Assembly: GCA_963751925.1 (NCBI GenBank)
Contig: CAVVWJ010000001.1
Location: forward strand, 452,497-516,496
Source of the DNA: an uncultured Gemmatimonadales bacterium
GTDB lineage: Bacteria; Gemmatimonadota; Gemmatimonadetes; Gemmatimonadales; GWC2-71-9
Reading direction: 5' to 3'
DNA: 64,000 bases
The notes beneath the pieces were generated by a model. That model made no database searches. It saw only the letters and a list, made by a program, of their open reading frames with translations, and was not told the DNA's origin. Position 1 is the first letter of the stretch. Each line of letters starts with the position of its first letter. Both the position numbers and the translations under genes were made by a program. Shown here one piece after another: positions 26,231-35,174 of this stretch.

Positions 26231-27417
26231 GGATCCTCGTGCTGGCCCCTCACCCATTCTTTCAGGCGAGGGGAACACCCCTTGCCGTCAGAACCGTTCT
26301 CGAGTTCCTCAGTTCCCGGGGACACGAGATCGACCTGTTGACCCTGCACGAAGGTGAGAACGTCGACATCCCCAACTGCCGGATCTATCGCATCCCTCGG
26401 CCGTTCGGTATCCGGGATGTTCGGCCCGGGTTCTCGCTCAAGAAGGTGGTGTGCGATGTCTTCATGTTCGGTAAGTGCCTGCGCATGGTCCGGCAGGGCC
26501 GCTATGACCTGATCCATGCGGTAGAGGAAGCGGCGTTTATTGCAGCCGCGATGCAGGCGTTGACCGGCATCCCCTATGTCTACGACATGGATTCTTCCCT
26601 GGCAGAGCAACTGGTGGACGCCTATCCCACACTGCATTTCGCCTTCCCCACCCTGCGCCGCGCCGAGGCGCTGGCGGTGCGGCGGAGCATGGGCGTCCTG
26701 ACGGTCTGCGCTGCGCTCGAAGACGTGGCTCACGGCCATGCCCCCAATATCCCGATCGGGAGGGTGGAGGATACGACGCTGTTGCTTCAGGGCCCCCACA
26801 CCGGAAATGGCACGTCGGGAGAGAACGTCCTCCCCGACGGTGTGGGGGACCAGGGCCCTGTGGCGATGTATGTGGGCAACCTCGAGCACTATCAGGGCAT
26901 CGGGCTTCTGCTGGAAGGCTTTCAGCATTCTCTCAAGCGGGTGCCGGAAGCTCGCCTGGTGATTGTGGGTGGCATGCAGAAAGACATCGTGCGCTACCGC
27001 GGCCGGGCGGCCGAGCTCGGCATCGAAGGCCAAGTGCACTTCCTGGGTCCACGACCTCTAGGGACGCTGGGCCTGCTGCTCCAGCGGGCTGACGTTCTGG
27101 TCTCGCCCCGCCTCAAGGGCCTCAACACGCCGATGAAGATCTATTCCTATCTGGACTCCGGCACCGCAGTGTTGGCGACCCGCCTTCGCACCCACACCCA
27201 GGTGCTCGATGATCGGACCGCATATCTGGTGGAGCCCACTCCCGAGGCGCTCGGCGACGGGCTGGCCGATCTCCTGAGTGATCCGGGACTCAGGGAGCGC
27301 CTTGCCAGCCAGGCCAAGGCTTACGTCCAACAGGAGTTCACGCCTGAAGCGGCCCGGCGGAAGCTGGGCTCCTTCTACAGCGTGATGGAAACCAAGGCCG
27401 CCGGGGCCAAGGCGTGA
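26227..27417 (+). CDS. GT4-family (GT-B fold) glycosyltransferase
   Basis: 396 aa. MRILVLAPHPFFQARGTPLAV..., with C-terminal VSPRLKGLNTPMKIYSYLDSGTAVLATR (an E-x7-E-like region). Overlaps the upstream stop. Confidence 0.85.
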   Translation: MRILVLAPHPFFQARGTPLAVRTVLEFLSSRGHEIDLLTLHEGENVDIPNCRIYRIPRPFGIRDVRPGFSLKKVVCDVFMFGKCLRMVRQGRYDLIHAVEEAAFIAAAMQALTGIPYVYDMDSSLAEQLVDAYPTLHFAFPTLRRAEALAVRRSMGVLTVCAALEDVAHGHAPNIPIGRVEDTTLLLQGPHTGNGTSGENVLPDGVGDQGPVAMYVGNLEHYQGIGLLLEGFQHSLKRVPEARLVIVGGMQKDIVRYRGRAAELGIEGQVHFLGPRPLGTLGLLLQRADVLVSPRLKGLNTPMKIYSYLDSGTAVLATRLRTHTQVLDDRTAYLVEPTPEALGDGLADLLSDPGLRERLASQAKAYVQQEFTPEAARRKLGSFYSVMETKAAGAKA

Positions 27418-28634
27418 GGAAGCTGTGGTATTCACCCACGCTCCGCAGCGTGGTGGTTTACGGTGCGTCGGGGCTGGGGTTTGCGGGAGCGAATCTCATA
27501 TTGGCTCGAGTGCTGCCCACCGGCGAGTACGCACTCTTTACGCTGGTCATCGCTCTGGTGAACCTGAGCTTCGCGCTCGCGCCGGCGGGCGTCGATGGCA
27601 TTGTGAACCGGCGCCGCATGGAAGCCGGGCCTGCCCTGCTTCGCCACACGATCAATGCCTCTGTTATCGTCGCGCTGGTGTTCATGCTGATCGCCCTGGC
27701 TGGCTACCAGATGGGGCCCGCACTCCTGGCAATTGTGTTCCTGTCCACGGTGGCTGGCGGCGCCATGATGGTGGCGGGCGCACAGTTCCAAAGCGAACAG
27801 CGCTACGGGATTTCACTGGCGCTGACGCAGAGCCCTAATCTCTTCCTGCTGCTTGCCGCTCTCGCGGTCGTCCTCTCGAGGTCCCGAACGGCATTCCTGC
27901 CCCTGTCGATCGCGGCGATTGGATTCGTCATCGCCGCGGTGTACGGTTGGTCGGTCCTCTTTCGCGAGCGAGCATCAAAGCCAGCCCGGGAGAACCACAT
28001 TCCCTGGGGCGAGGCGCTGTCCTTTGCGGGGCTCAACGCAGCCGGGCTCCTGCTGATTCAGCTCGACCGTCTCGTCATCCCACACGTGCTGACGGATCAT
28101 GACCTCGCCACCTACGGCGTTCTCGCTGCCATTGCAGGATCCCTGTTCCGGGTGCTTCAGATGGGCGTGGGCTACTCCCTGATTCCTCGGCTCCGATCCG
28201 CCAGCAGCGTGGTAGAGCGCCGAAAGCTGGTAGCTCACGAGGCCAAGCTGGTTGGTGCCATCGTCCTGGGGGGCTCGGTGGTGATCTGGTTCGTCACACC
28301 GCTGGTGGAGCGAGCGTTCCTCGGAGGCAAATACCACCTGACCGGCTCGCTCGTGCTCGCGGCGCTTCTCAGCGGCGTTGCGAAGATCATGAACGCATTC
28401 ACCAAGTCGACTGTGACTGCTCTGGCGACAGCGCCGGAGCTGTCGCTGGTAAACCTGTTTGGGTGGGCTTCTGTTGGTCTCGCCATTCCGGCGGCTGTGT
28501 TCGGCGCCCGATGGGGGCTGGCGGGCGTGATCTATGGGGTCGGACTCGGTTGGCTGACCCGCGCACTCACCGCGTTGTATCTCACGTTGCGTCACCTGAA
28601 ATTGCCCGTTTCGATTCCGGTTACAGCGCCTTGA
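27414..28634 (+). CDS. Wzx/MOP-type polysaccharide flippase-like membrane protein
   Basis: 406 aa and about 12 predicted transmembrane helices. N-terminal VVYGASGLGFAGANLILARVL, typical of polysaccharide biosynthesis (Polysacc_synt) proteins. Confidence 0.7.
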   Translation: MRKLWYSPTLRSVVVYGASGLGFAGANLILARVLPTGEYALFTLVIALVNLSFALAPAGVDGIVNRRRMEAGPALLRHTINASVIVALVFMLIALAGYQMGPALLAIVFLSTVAGGAMMVAGAQFQSEQRYGISLALTQSPNLFLLLAALAVVLSRSRTAFLPLSIAAIGFVIAAVYGWSVLFRERASKPARENHIPWGEALSFAGLNAAGLLLIQLDRLVIPHVLTDHDLATYGVLAAIAGSLFRVLQMGVGYSLIPRLRSASSVVERRKLVAHEAKLVGAIVLGGSVVIWFVTPLVERAFLGGKYHLTGSLVLAALLSGVAKIMNAFTKSTVTALATAPELSLVNLFGWASVGLAIPAAVFGARWGLAGVIYGVGLGWLTRALTALYLTLRHLKLPVSIPVTAP

Positions 28635-28644
28635 GCAATCGGGT

Positions 28645-29463
28645 ATGACACCGCCGGACACAGAGTGGGCGCTCGCGTTGTTCAACCGCTCGGTACTCAA
28701 GCAGGCGAAATACCAGAAGTTGCTCGAGCACCTGGAAGATCCCTCCCAGAAAACCAGCCTCGACATCGGCGCGGACAACGGCGTCATCAGCTACTTGCTG
28801 CGCCAGCTCGGCGGCCGCTGGTACAGCGCTGATCTGGATCCTCGTGCGGTTGCTTCTATCCGGCAGCTGGTACGCGACGATGTGTACCAACTCGACGGCG
28901 GGAAAACGCCTTTCCAGGATCAGACGTTCGACCAGGTCGTAATCATCGATTTTCTGGAGCACATCGAGGACGACCGCGGATTCGTCCGGGAACTGGAGCG
29001 TATCCTCAAGCCCGGTGGCCGGGTCATCATCAACGTCCCCCATGTGAAGCCGCACTCGCTGCTGAACCAGGCTCGCCACCGCATCGGACTCACCGACGAG
29101 TGGCACGGGCATCTGCGGCCAGGCTACAACCTCGAGGGGCTCCGAGATCTTCTGGGCCCAGGCTTTGAGATAGAGCGGGCCACAACCTACTCGAGAGCGT
29201 TCTCGGAACTGATCGACACCGTGCTCAACGGGGCCTACGAGATGATGCGACGCAAGAAGCAGGACGGCGCGGTTTCGCAGAAGGGGACGGTGGTAACCCA
29301 GAGTGACATGAAAACCCACCGCAAAGAGTTTCTGCTCCTGTCGGCCCTCTATCCGGTTTTCTGGACGATGGCACGGCTCGATAGCCTGCTGCCGCTCCAA
29401 TCAGGGTACAAGCTCATTGTGCAGGCACGACTCCGGCCAGCAGCCTCACTCAAACCCGTCTAG
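28645..29463 (+). CDS. Class I SAM-dependent methyltransferase
   Basis: SLDIGADNG (motif I), ADLDP, VVIIDFLEHIED, LKPGGRVIINVP. Confidence 0.85.
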   Translation: MTPPDTEWALALFNRSVLKQAKYQKLLEHLEDPSQKTSLDIGADNGVISYLLRQLGGRWYSADLDPRAVASIRQLVRDDVYQLDGGKTPFQDQTFDQVVIIDFLEHIEDDRGFVRELERILKPGGRVIINVPHVKPHSLLNQARHRIGLTDEWHGHLRPGYNLEGLRDLLGPGFEIERATTYSRAFSELIDTVLNGAYEMMRRKKQDGAVSQKGTVVTQSDMKTHRKEFLLLSALYPVFWTMARLDSLLPLQSGYKLIVQARLRPAASLKPV

Positions 29464-29476
29464 AGCAGAGCCTTCC

Positions 29477-31303
29477 ATGGGAGCAGTCTACGGTATCTTC
29501 GGCGACTCCGACGCCAGCGAGCTCTCGGCGATCGGCAGTCGGCTGACTCATAGAGGTCCGGTCTCGGCGGAGTGGTCACCGGCGCCATCCGTGCATTTGG
29601 GGATGCGTGGTGCGCCGGGTACTCTGGAACAGCTTCAGGACGGTGTCCTCGCCTTCGATGGGTTTATCGACAACCGTCACGAGCTCGCTCTGCTGCTTGG
29701 ACACAAAGAGCCAGCACGCCCCTCACCTGCAACAGACGCGCTCCTGGTGCTGGAGCTTTTCTCGAGCCGAGGAGTGGATGCCTTCCAGCAGCTCGCGGGT
29801 CAGTTCGCGGTTGCGATCTGGGATGGGCCGGGCCGGCGGCTGCTCCTGGCCCGGGATAGGATCGGGTATGCGCCGATCTACTTCACCCTCGACAGCGGCC
29901 GTTTCGTATTTGCCAGTGAGTACAAAGCCTTGCTGGCGCTCGCCGGCGTTCCCGCGCGACCCAACCGCTCGGCCATTCAGGTGATCCAGTCCACCAAGTG
30001 GGTTCAGCCTGGCGTCACCTGCCTGGAGGGGGTCTTCCCGGTTGCTCCGGGCACCTGGGTAGCCGTGGACCAGGGGCACGTGCATACCGCTCGCTTCTGG
30101 GACATTCCTATCAAGGTGCTGCACCAGGACGAGGCTACGCATGCCGCGGCTCTCAGGTCGACGTTTCTGGAAACCCTGCGCCGACAGACGGAGCCGTATG
30201 ACAAGATCGGCGTGTCGCTCAGCGGTGGGCTCGATTCAGCGGTGATGGCTGCCGGGGCGCGACATGTAGCCCCGAACAAGGAGATTCACACCTTCACCGC
30301 CGGGTATGGCCCAGACGACAAGGAGGTCGTGAACGCGGCAAAGGTGGCCCGCGAGCTGGGGACGCATCACCATCCTCTGGTGCTCAACCCGGACGACCTT
30401 CCATCATTGCTGCCGTGGATGGTCTGGCACATGGAGGAGCCGATTGGCCGGGAAGACATTGCCTACCTCTTTGTCGCGGCCAGAGAAGCGGCGAAGCACG
30501 TAAACCTCGTGCTCACCGGCTTTGGATTCGATGGGCTGTTTGCCGGCTTGCCCCGGCACCGCATTGCAGATGTTGCTCTCCGGGTACCGGCCGTGGCGGG
30601 TCCGTTGCGGGAGTTCTACGACTACAGCGTACGGGGAGTGCAACCCCCCAGCATGGCAGGTGAGGCCCTCAAGCGCGCTTACTATCGCGGTCGTGATTTC
30701 CCGGCACCCCAGGTCCTTGGCGCCGCCCCGATCTCTCCGCTGCCAGGTTTCGGCGGTGGGGGCGATCAACCGCTGAGCGGGTTCTTACGGCGCGGCTTCC
30801 TGCTACTGCCATACCAGTCGACGGTGGAGAGGCTGTACACGGCATCAGGGGTCAGATTCAACGCTCATCACACCGATCCCGCCTTCCTCCAGGCAGCGTT
30901 CTCTATACCTGACCGGCTGAAGATCCACGGCCGGAGCCAGAAGTACATCCTCCGAAAGGCATGTGCGGGGCTGCTGCCGGAGTCGATCCTCAACTTCGGG
31001 AAGAGCTTCAATCGTCTGAAGCACGATCTGCACTTCAGTCGCGTGCTGGACCAGCTGGCCGATCAGCTGCTGGACACCTCGGCGGTGCTGGAACGTGGAC
31101 TGTTCGACCCGTCGTATGTCATGCGGTTGCGGCGTCGACCCGAGAGCAAGCCTTACTCCCAGGAGCGCGCCTACCGTCTATGGTCGATGCTGTTGACGGA
31201 GATGTGGAGCAGGATGTACCTCGACCGCCGTGGCGCGCCGCCAGACGTGCCCGTGGGGCCCTTACATCCTCTGGAGTCTCACGCAGAGCTGGTGCAAGCC
31301 TAA
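29477..31303 (+). CDS. Asparagine synthase (AsnB)-family amidoligase lacking the N-terminal Cys nucleophile
   Basis: The ATG at 29477 gives MGAVYGIFGD where the canonical sequence is MCGIxGIF. The synthetase-domain PP-loop VSLSGGLDSAV is intact. The ORF-track start at 29417 (MCRHDSG...) overlaps the upstream gene and does not align with the Ntn fold. Confidence 0.8.
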   Translation: MGAVYGIFGDSDASELSAIGSRLTHRGPVSAEWSPAPSVHLGMRGAPGTLEQLQDGVLAFDGFIDNRHELALLLGHKEPARPSPATDALLVLELFSSRGVDAFQQLAGQFAVAIWDGPGRRLLLARDRIGYAPIYFTLDSGRFVFASEYKALLALAGVPARPNRSAIQVIQSTKWVQPGVTCLEGVFPVAPGTWVAVDQGHVHTARFWDIPIKVLHQDEATHAAALRSTFLETLRRQTEPYDKIGVSLSGGLDSAVMAAGARHVAPNKEIHTFTAGYGPDDKEVVNAAKVARELGTHHHPLVLNPDDLPSLLPWMVWHMEEPIGREDIAYLFVAAREAAKHVNLVLTGFGFDGLFAGLPRHRIADVALRVPAVAGPLREFYDYSVRGVQPPSMAGEALKRAYYRGRDFPAPQVLGAAPISPLPGFGGGGDQPLSGFLRRGFLLLPYQSTVERLYTASGVRFNAHHTDPAFLQAAFSIPDRLKIHGRSQKYILRKACAGLLPESILNFGKSFNRLKHDLHFSRVLDQLADQLLDTSAVLERGLFDPSYVMRLRRRPESKPYSQERAYRLWSMLLTEMWSRMYLDRRGAPPDVPVGPLHPLESHAELVQA

Positions 31304-32319
31304 TGAACCAGCGAGATCATCGGGGCGACCGCCGAGAGATAGCCGGCTTTACGGTACCAGAGAGCCGTGCGCGCGAGCCCCTCCCGGAGGTCCACACCGG
31401 GCCGATAACCCAACTCCTCCCTGGCGCGATCGATTCGGAACGCCCGATTGGTCTTGAACCAGGACAGACGCCGGCGGAAAACCGGCGGAGTGAAACCGAT
31501 CGCCTTGCAGACCTTCTCAATGACGGCAGCGCCGAGCAGCGCCATGCCGTACCAGGGAAAGCGAAGAATTCTGACGTTCGAGCCTACCGCGGATCCCACA
31601 TACCGCACCAGTTCGTTCAGCGTGACGGCACGATCGTCTCCCGCTAGATAGATGCGTCCCTTGGCCTGCTCCGCGGTTCCGGCAAGCTCCAGGAGGTCAA
31701 CCAGATTTTCCACGTAGACGGGATGATTGAGCGTACGACCGTTCCCGACCATCAAGAACCACCCGCGTGAGACCATCCGAAATAGCTTCAACCAGCCACG
31801 GATATCGCCGGGGCCGTAGACTGACGTGGGTCGAACGATGACCAGATCCATCCCCTTGGCGATAAATTCCTGGCAGACCCGCTCGCCCTCCATCTTGCTA
31901 TAGCAGTAGTAATCCCTGGGAGCCATAGGCGAATTCTCGTCGCCGGGCGGCTCCGTCACGATGCCATGCACGCCCTGGGTGCTGCAATGAACCACCCGCC
32001 GGACGCCGTGTCGCTCCGCAGACTGCAGAACGTTCCTGGTTCCGTTCACCTCGATTTCCCAATACGCCGCATCGGGCTGGAGAATGTCGCCAAAGGGTGA
32101 GGCAAGGTGGTAGACCAGCTCGCAACCATCGATTGCCCGATCCACGTCCTCCGGATTCGTAACTGAGCCCGCCATCAACGTCGCGCCCCGAGCTTGCAGC
32201 TCTTCGTCGAACAGCCCGGGATTCTTATCGAGACTGACGACATGATGTCCTTTCCCCAATAGACGACGCACCAGATGTGAACCGACAAAGCCAGTCCCGC
32301 CCGTGACCAGTACCCTCAT
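31300..32319 (-). CDS. NAD-dependent epimerase/dehydratase (extended SDR), copy 1
   Basis: MRVLVTGGTGFVGSHLV, catalytic YYCYSK, VIVRPTSVYGPGD. Convergent 4-bp overlap with the AsnB-like gene. Confidence 0.88.
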   Translation of the reverse strand: MRVLVTGGTGFVGSHLVRRLLGKGHHVVSLDKNPGLFDEELQARGATLMAGSVTNPEDVDRAIDGCELVYHLASPFGDILQPDAAYWEIEVNGTRNVLQSAERHGVRRVVHCSTQGVHGIVTEPPGDENSPMAPRDYYCYSKMEGERVCQEFIAKGMDLVIVRPTSVYGPGDIRGWLKLFRMVSRGWFLMVGNGRTLNHPVYVENLVDLLELAGTAEQAKGRIYLAGDDRAVTLNELVRYVGSAVGSNVRILRFPWYGMALLGAAVIEKVCKAIGFTPPVFRRRLSWFKTNRAFRIDRAREELGYRPGVDLREGLARTALWYRKAGYLSAVAPMISLVH

Positions 32320-32364
32320 TGTTGACCCCGATCATTTAGAGCAACAGACGCCCAGCTGAACCGC

Positions 32365-33567
32365 TCAGACTACTCCTACGGCCTGGTAGAACCGCCGAAT
32401 GGCGGGATCGCGCAGCAAGCCCCCGTGCACCTGCAGCAGGTTCACGTCGCTGTTCCCGTTCGCCTCCAGGATCACCGGCACCCCCTCGGCATCCACCAGA
32501 ATGTCCCACCCCGCCATCCGGTTGAACGGCAGGCTCGCCGCCACCCGCAGCACCGTATCCGTGATCTCGGCCCACCCCGGCAGCACCGCCCCCGTGATCT
32601 GCGCCCCCGTGTCCGGATGATGGGTAAACTGCTGCTGCCCACCCCGGCCCCCCTTCAGGGGATGCATCCGCCCCTCCCCCAGGGTGCCGCTGCTCCGCTC
32701 GATCGGTGCCGAGATCCCCCCACCCGACCAGTTATCCGTCGGCACCGTATCGGCCGTCCCGATCCGCTGCACCGCCCGGGCGATGAACGGGGCCGCCTCG
32801 CCCGGGGTCCACAGCGTCAGCAGCCGCATGGTGTTGGCACTCCCCGGAAACAGCCCCCGCCAGAACGCCCCCTGCTCCAGCCGACGCTCGATCAGCATCG
32901 AGCCGGGGCTCCGGCGATTCTTGCCGGACCCCAACCTGTCGAGAAAGGCTTGGAGGTCGAACGGTTGGATGGTGCGTCCCCGCTGGCGGTGGAACTCTCC
33001 GCTACGGTACTCCAACATGAAAAGACCTTCGCCTCGAAGGCCGTCTTCCGGTTTGATGATCCAGCGAGCACCGTCTCCTTCCTGGCGGAGCCGCTCGACC
33101 AGCTCGGTGCTCGGGATGTACCTCGCCGCCCCACTGAATGGATCTGCCAGGATTCGCCCTTCGTAGATGAAGGCGCGCGTCTCCGCCTGACGCAGCCCCT
33201 TCGCCAGCAGGACCGACCGAAGTCCGAGCTTGTGGTCGTAGAGACCTTCCCACGCGTTGATCCGCTGACCCATCATGAGGTGCTGGTAGTCACTCAGGTA
33301 GTCGCGCGGATCGTTCCGAGGCAGATCGTAAATCGTGGCCGACTCGGCAAAGAAGCCGGATCGCCACATCTCGATTTTTCGACCGATGGGCAGGCCGGTG
33401 TGCGCCTTACGCTCATGTTTGAGCCAGCGGTAGCTCGCCTGCAGGGTCTGATACCCGTGAGTACCCAGCAGTTTACGGAGTGTGGAGGGGAGCTGCTCGA
33501 CCTTCCCGTCCCAGCGGAAGTAGTCGAAGTAAGGTTGTTGTGCGGCACTATTCGCGTGGGGATACAT
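32365..33567 (-). CDS. ATP-grasp ligase of the sugar-transfer-associated type (ATPgrasp_ST-like), copy 1
   Basis: 400 aa. WIIKPEDGLRGEG, LIERRLEQ, NWSGGGISAPI, AGWDILVDAEGVPVILEANGNSD. The C-terminal ~170 aa are nucleotide-identical to copy 2. Confidence 0.8.
   Translation of the reverse strand: MYPHANSAAQQPYFDYFRWDGKVEQLPSTLRKLLGTHGYQTLQASYRWLKHERKAHTGLPIGRKIEMWRSGFFAESATIYDLPRNDPRDYLSDYQHLMMGQRINAWEGLYDHKLGLRSVLLAKGLRQAETRAFIYEGRILADPFSGAARYIPSTELVERLRQEGDGARWIIKPEDGLRGEGLFMLEYRSGEFHRQRGRTIQPFDLQAFLDRLGSGKNRRSPGSMLIERRLEQGAFWRGLFPGSANTMRLLTLWTPGEAAPFIARAVQRIGTADTVPTDNWSGGGISAPIERSSGTLGEGRMHPLKGGRGGQQQFTHHPDTGAQITGAVLPGWAEITDTVLRVAASLPFNRMAGWDILVDAEGVPVILEANGNSDVNLLQVHGGLLRDPAIRRFYQAVGVV
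32381..32889. repeat. 509-bp perfect direct repeat, copy A, internal to ATP-grasp gene 1
   Basis: A base-by-base comparison shows 32381-32889 equals 35251-35759 (offset 2,870 bp). One mismatch at 32890/35760 is followed by 7 more identical bases, then abrupt divergence. Confidence 0.95.
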
Positions 33568-33636
33568 TGCTCAGCCTGTTGTAAAAAAAGCGGCAGCCAT
33601 GCCGTGGTGGTTCTTCATGGCAATCCGCCGTCTCGC

Positions 33637-35154
33637 GTGAAAGATCAGCTTGTGATCACTGCTTCCGCTAAAACCGCGCTCCTCCGCACCACCTTCAGCG
33701 GCTTCGGCACCCAGTACGCCGGCGCGCTTATAACCGGGGCCGGCCAGATCGTCGTCACGGCCGTTCTCGCACGGTTGCTGTCTCCGAGAGACTACGGTCT
33801 TGTGGGGTTGGCGGCGGTGTACGTCGGCCTGGCCGCGGTGCTTTCGCAATTCGGTATCGGGGCTGCCTTGATCCAGCGGATAGAACTCACTCCCCGTTTC
33901 GTCCGAGCCAGCTTCACCGCGACCGTTCTCATCGGAATCCTTACCACCGCCCTGGTCTGGGTTACTGCACCGCTGGCCAGCCGCATTCTTGGTGATCAGG
34001 GACTGATCCCCATCATCAGGGGCCTCAGTCTTACGTTCGTCCTGGCAAACCCCGGCTTCGTCGCCGAAGGCCTGTCGGAGCGACATCTCGCCTGGCGCCG
34101 GCTGATGTGGGTCGAGGTATGGGCCTTTGCCATAGGCTACGCCGTACCGGCGCTCTGGTTGGCCTTCGCCGGTTTCGGAGTGTGGGCGCTGGTGGGCAGC
34201 GCTCTGGGCCAGAGCTTTCTCCGATCCGCCATCTTGATGGTCTTGCAGCCTCATCCAAAGTCCCCCCGGATAGGGCCGGAGATCCGCGAACTTCTCCGGT
34301 TCGGAGGGGGTTTTACGCTGGCGCGAATCTTCAACTATGGCGCCAGCCAGGGCGACAATTTCGTAGTGGGCCGGGTCCTCGGTATCGAGGCGCTCGGGTA
34401 TTACGGTCGAGCGTTCAAGCTGATGATGATCCCGGTGACATACTTCGCCAGCATTGTCACCAAAGTGCTCTTCCCCATCATGTCCCGCCTGCAAGGGGAT
34501 TCCCCCCGGCTTCGATCCACGTACCTCACAGGAGCTGCGGTGCTCGGCCTGGTGAGCGCACCACTGGGAGCGCTGATGGTGGTCACCGCCCCCGAGATCG
34601 TCCTCGTCGTGCTGGGACCTAAGTGGGGTCCTACAGTTCTGCCGTTTCAGATCCTCACGGCCGCAATCATGCTCCGGAACGTGTACCTGATGGCCTATTG
34701 CCTCGACGGCGCCACCGGTGAGTTGAAGAAGCGCACCTTCCGAGATGGCATCTATGCCTTCGCTGTGGTGTTTGGCAGCTTGATCGGAAGCCGCTTTGGG
34801 CTGGTTGGAGTCGCGATTGGAGTCGTCAGTGCGATAGCGCTGAATTACTTCATCGGAGCGTGGATGAGCCTCGGAATTATCCGGGCCACCTGGCGGGACT
34901 ATGCGCGATCCCAGATTCCCGCGCTCGCGCTTGGCGCTGTGACGGCTGGCGTGGCGGTTCTGGTACGGCTGGCCTTGCTGCGAGTCGGGGCCGACCCGCT
35001 CGTCGTCCTCGGCCTCACCGGCCTGGTTAGTGTCGGCGCGATCGGCGGCCTCTATCTGCTGCAGCCGACCATTCTGGGTGAGTACGGTGGCCTCGCGGTC
35101 CAGCATCTCCTCTCGGCTCTTTCGTCCAAGGTGCCCACCGGGGAAGCCGGGTAG
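33637..35154 (+). CDS. Wzx-type polysaccharide/O-unit flippase (Polysacc_synt_3-like)
   Basis: A GTG at 33637 gives (M)KDQLVITASAKTALLRTTFSGFGTQYAGALITGAGQIVVTAVLARLLSPRDYGLVGLA..., with multiple transmembrane helices. The 909-aa ORF in the track (from 32425) is this gene fused in-frame to an antisense shadow of ATP-grasp 1. Confidence 0.8.
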   Translation: MKDQLVITASAKTALLRTTFSGFGTQYAGALITGAGQIVVTAVLARLLSPRDYGLVGLAAVYVGLAAVLSQFGIGAALIQRIELTPRFVRASFTATVLIGILTTALVWVTAPLASRILGDQGLIPIIRGLSLTFVLANPGFVAEGLSERHLAWRRLMWVEVWAFAIGYAVPALWLAFAGFGVWALVGSALGQSFLRSAILMVLQPHPKSPRIGPEIRELLRFGGGFTLARIFNYGASQGDNFVVGRVLGIEALGYYGRAFKLMMIPVTYFASIVTKVLFPIMSRLQGDSPRLRSTYLTGAAVLGLVSAPLGALMVVTAPEIVLVVLGPKWGPTVLPFQILTAAIMLRNVYLMAYCLDGATGELKKRTFRDGIYAFAVVFGSLIGSRFGLVGVAIGVVSAIALNYFIGAWMSLGIIRATWRDYARSQIPALALGAVTAGVAVLVRLALLRVGADPLVVLGLTGLVSVGAIGGLYLLQPTILGEYGGLAVQHLLSALSSKVPTGEAG

Positions 35155-35174
35155 CATCTGCCAGACCAACTGAG

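Noticed and set aside
32381-32889. The 509-bp repeat as an insertion sequence, MITE or other mobile element.
   Set aside because: Both copies lie wholly inside intact, homologous reading frames in the same phase. There are no terminal inverted repeats, target-site duplications, or a transposase or integrase anywhere in the window. Gene conversion between paralogues explains it better.
32425-33600. The first ~400 codons of the 909-aa plus-strand ORF (32425-35154), and the analogous 383-aa ORF at 35295-36446.
   Set aside because: Both lie antisense to the two ATP-grasp genes. Their translations are Pro/Arg/His-rich low-complexity strings (..HPQHRIRDLGPPRQHRPRDLRPRVR..), typical of shadow ORFs in high-GC DNA. 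Only the part from about 33637 onward looks like a membrane protein (the flippase).
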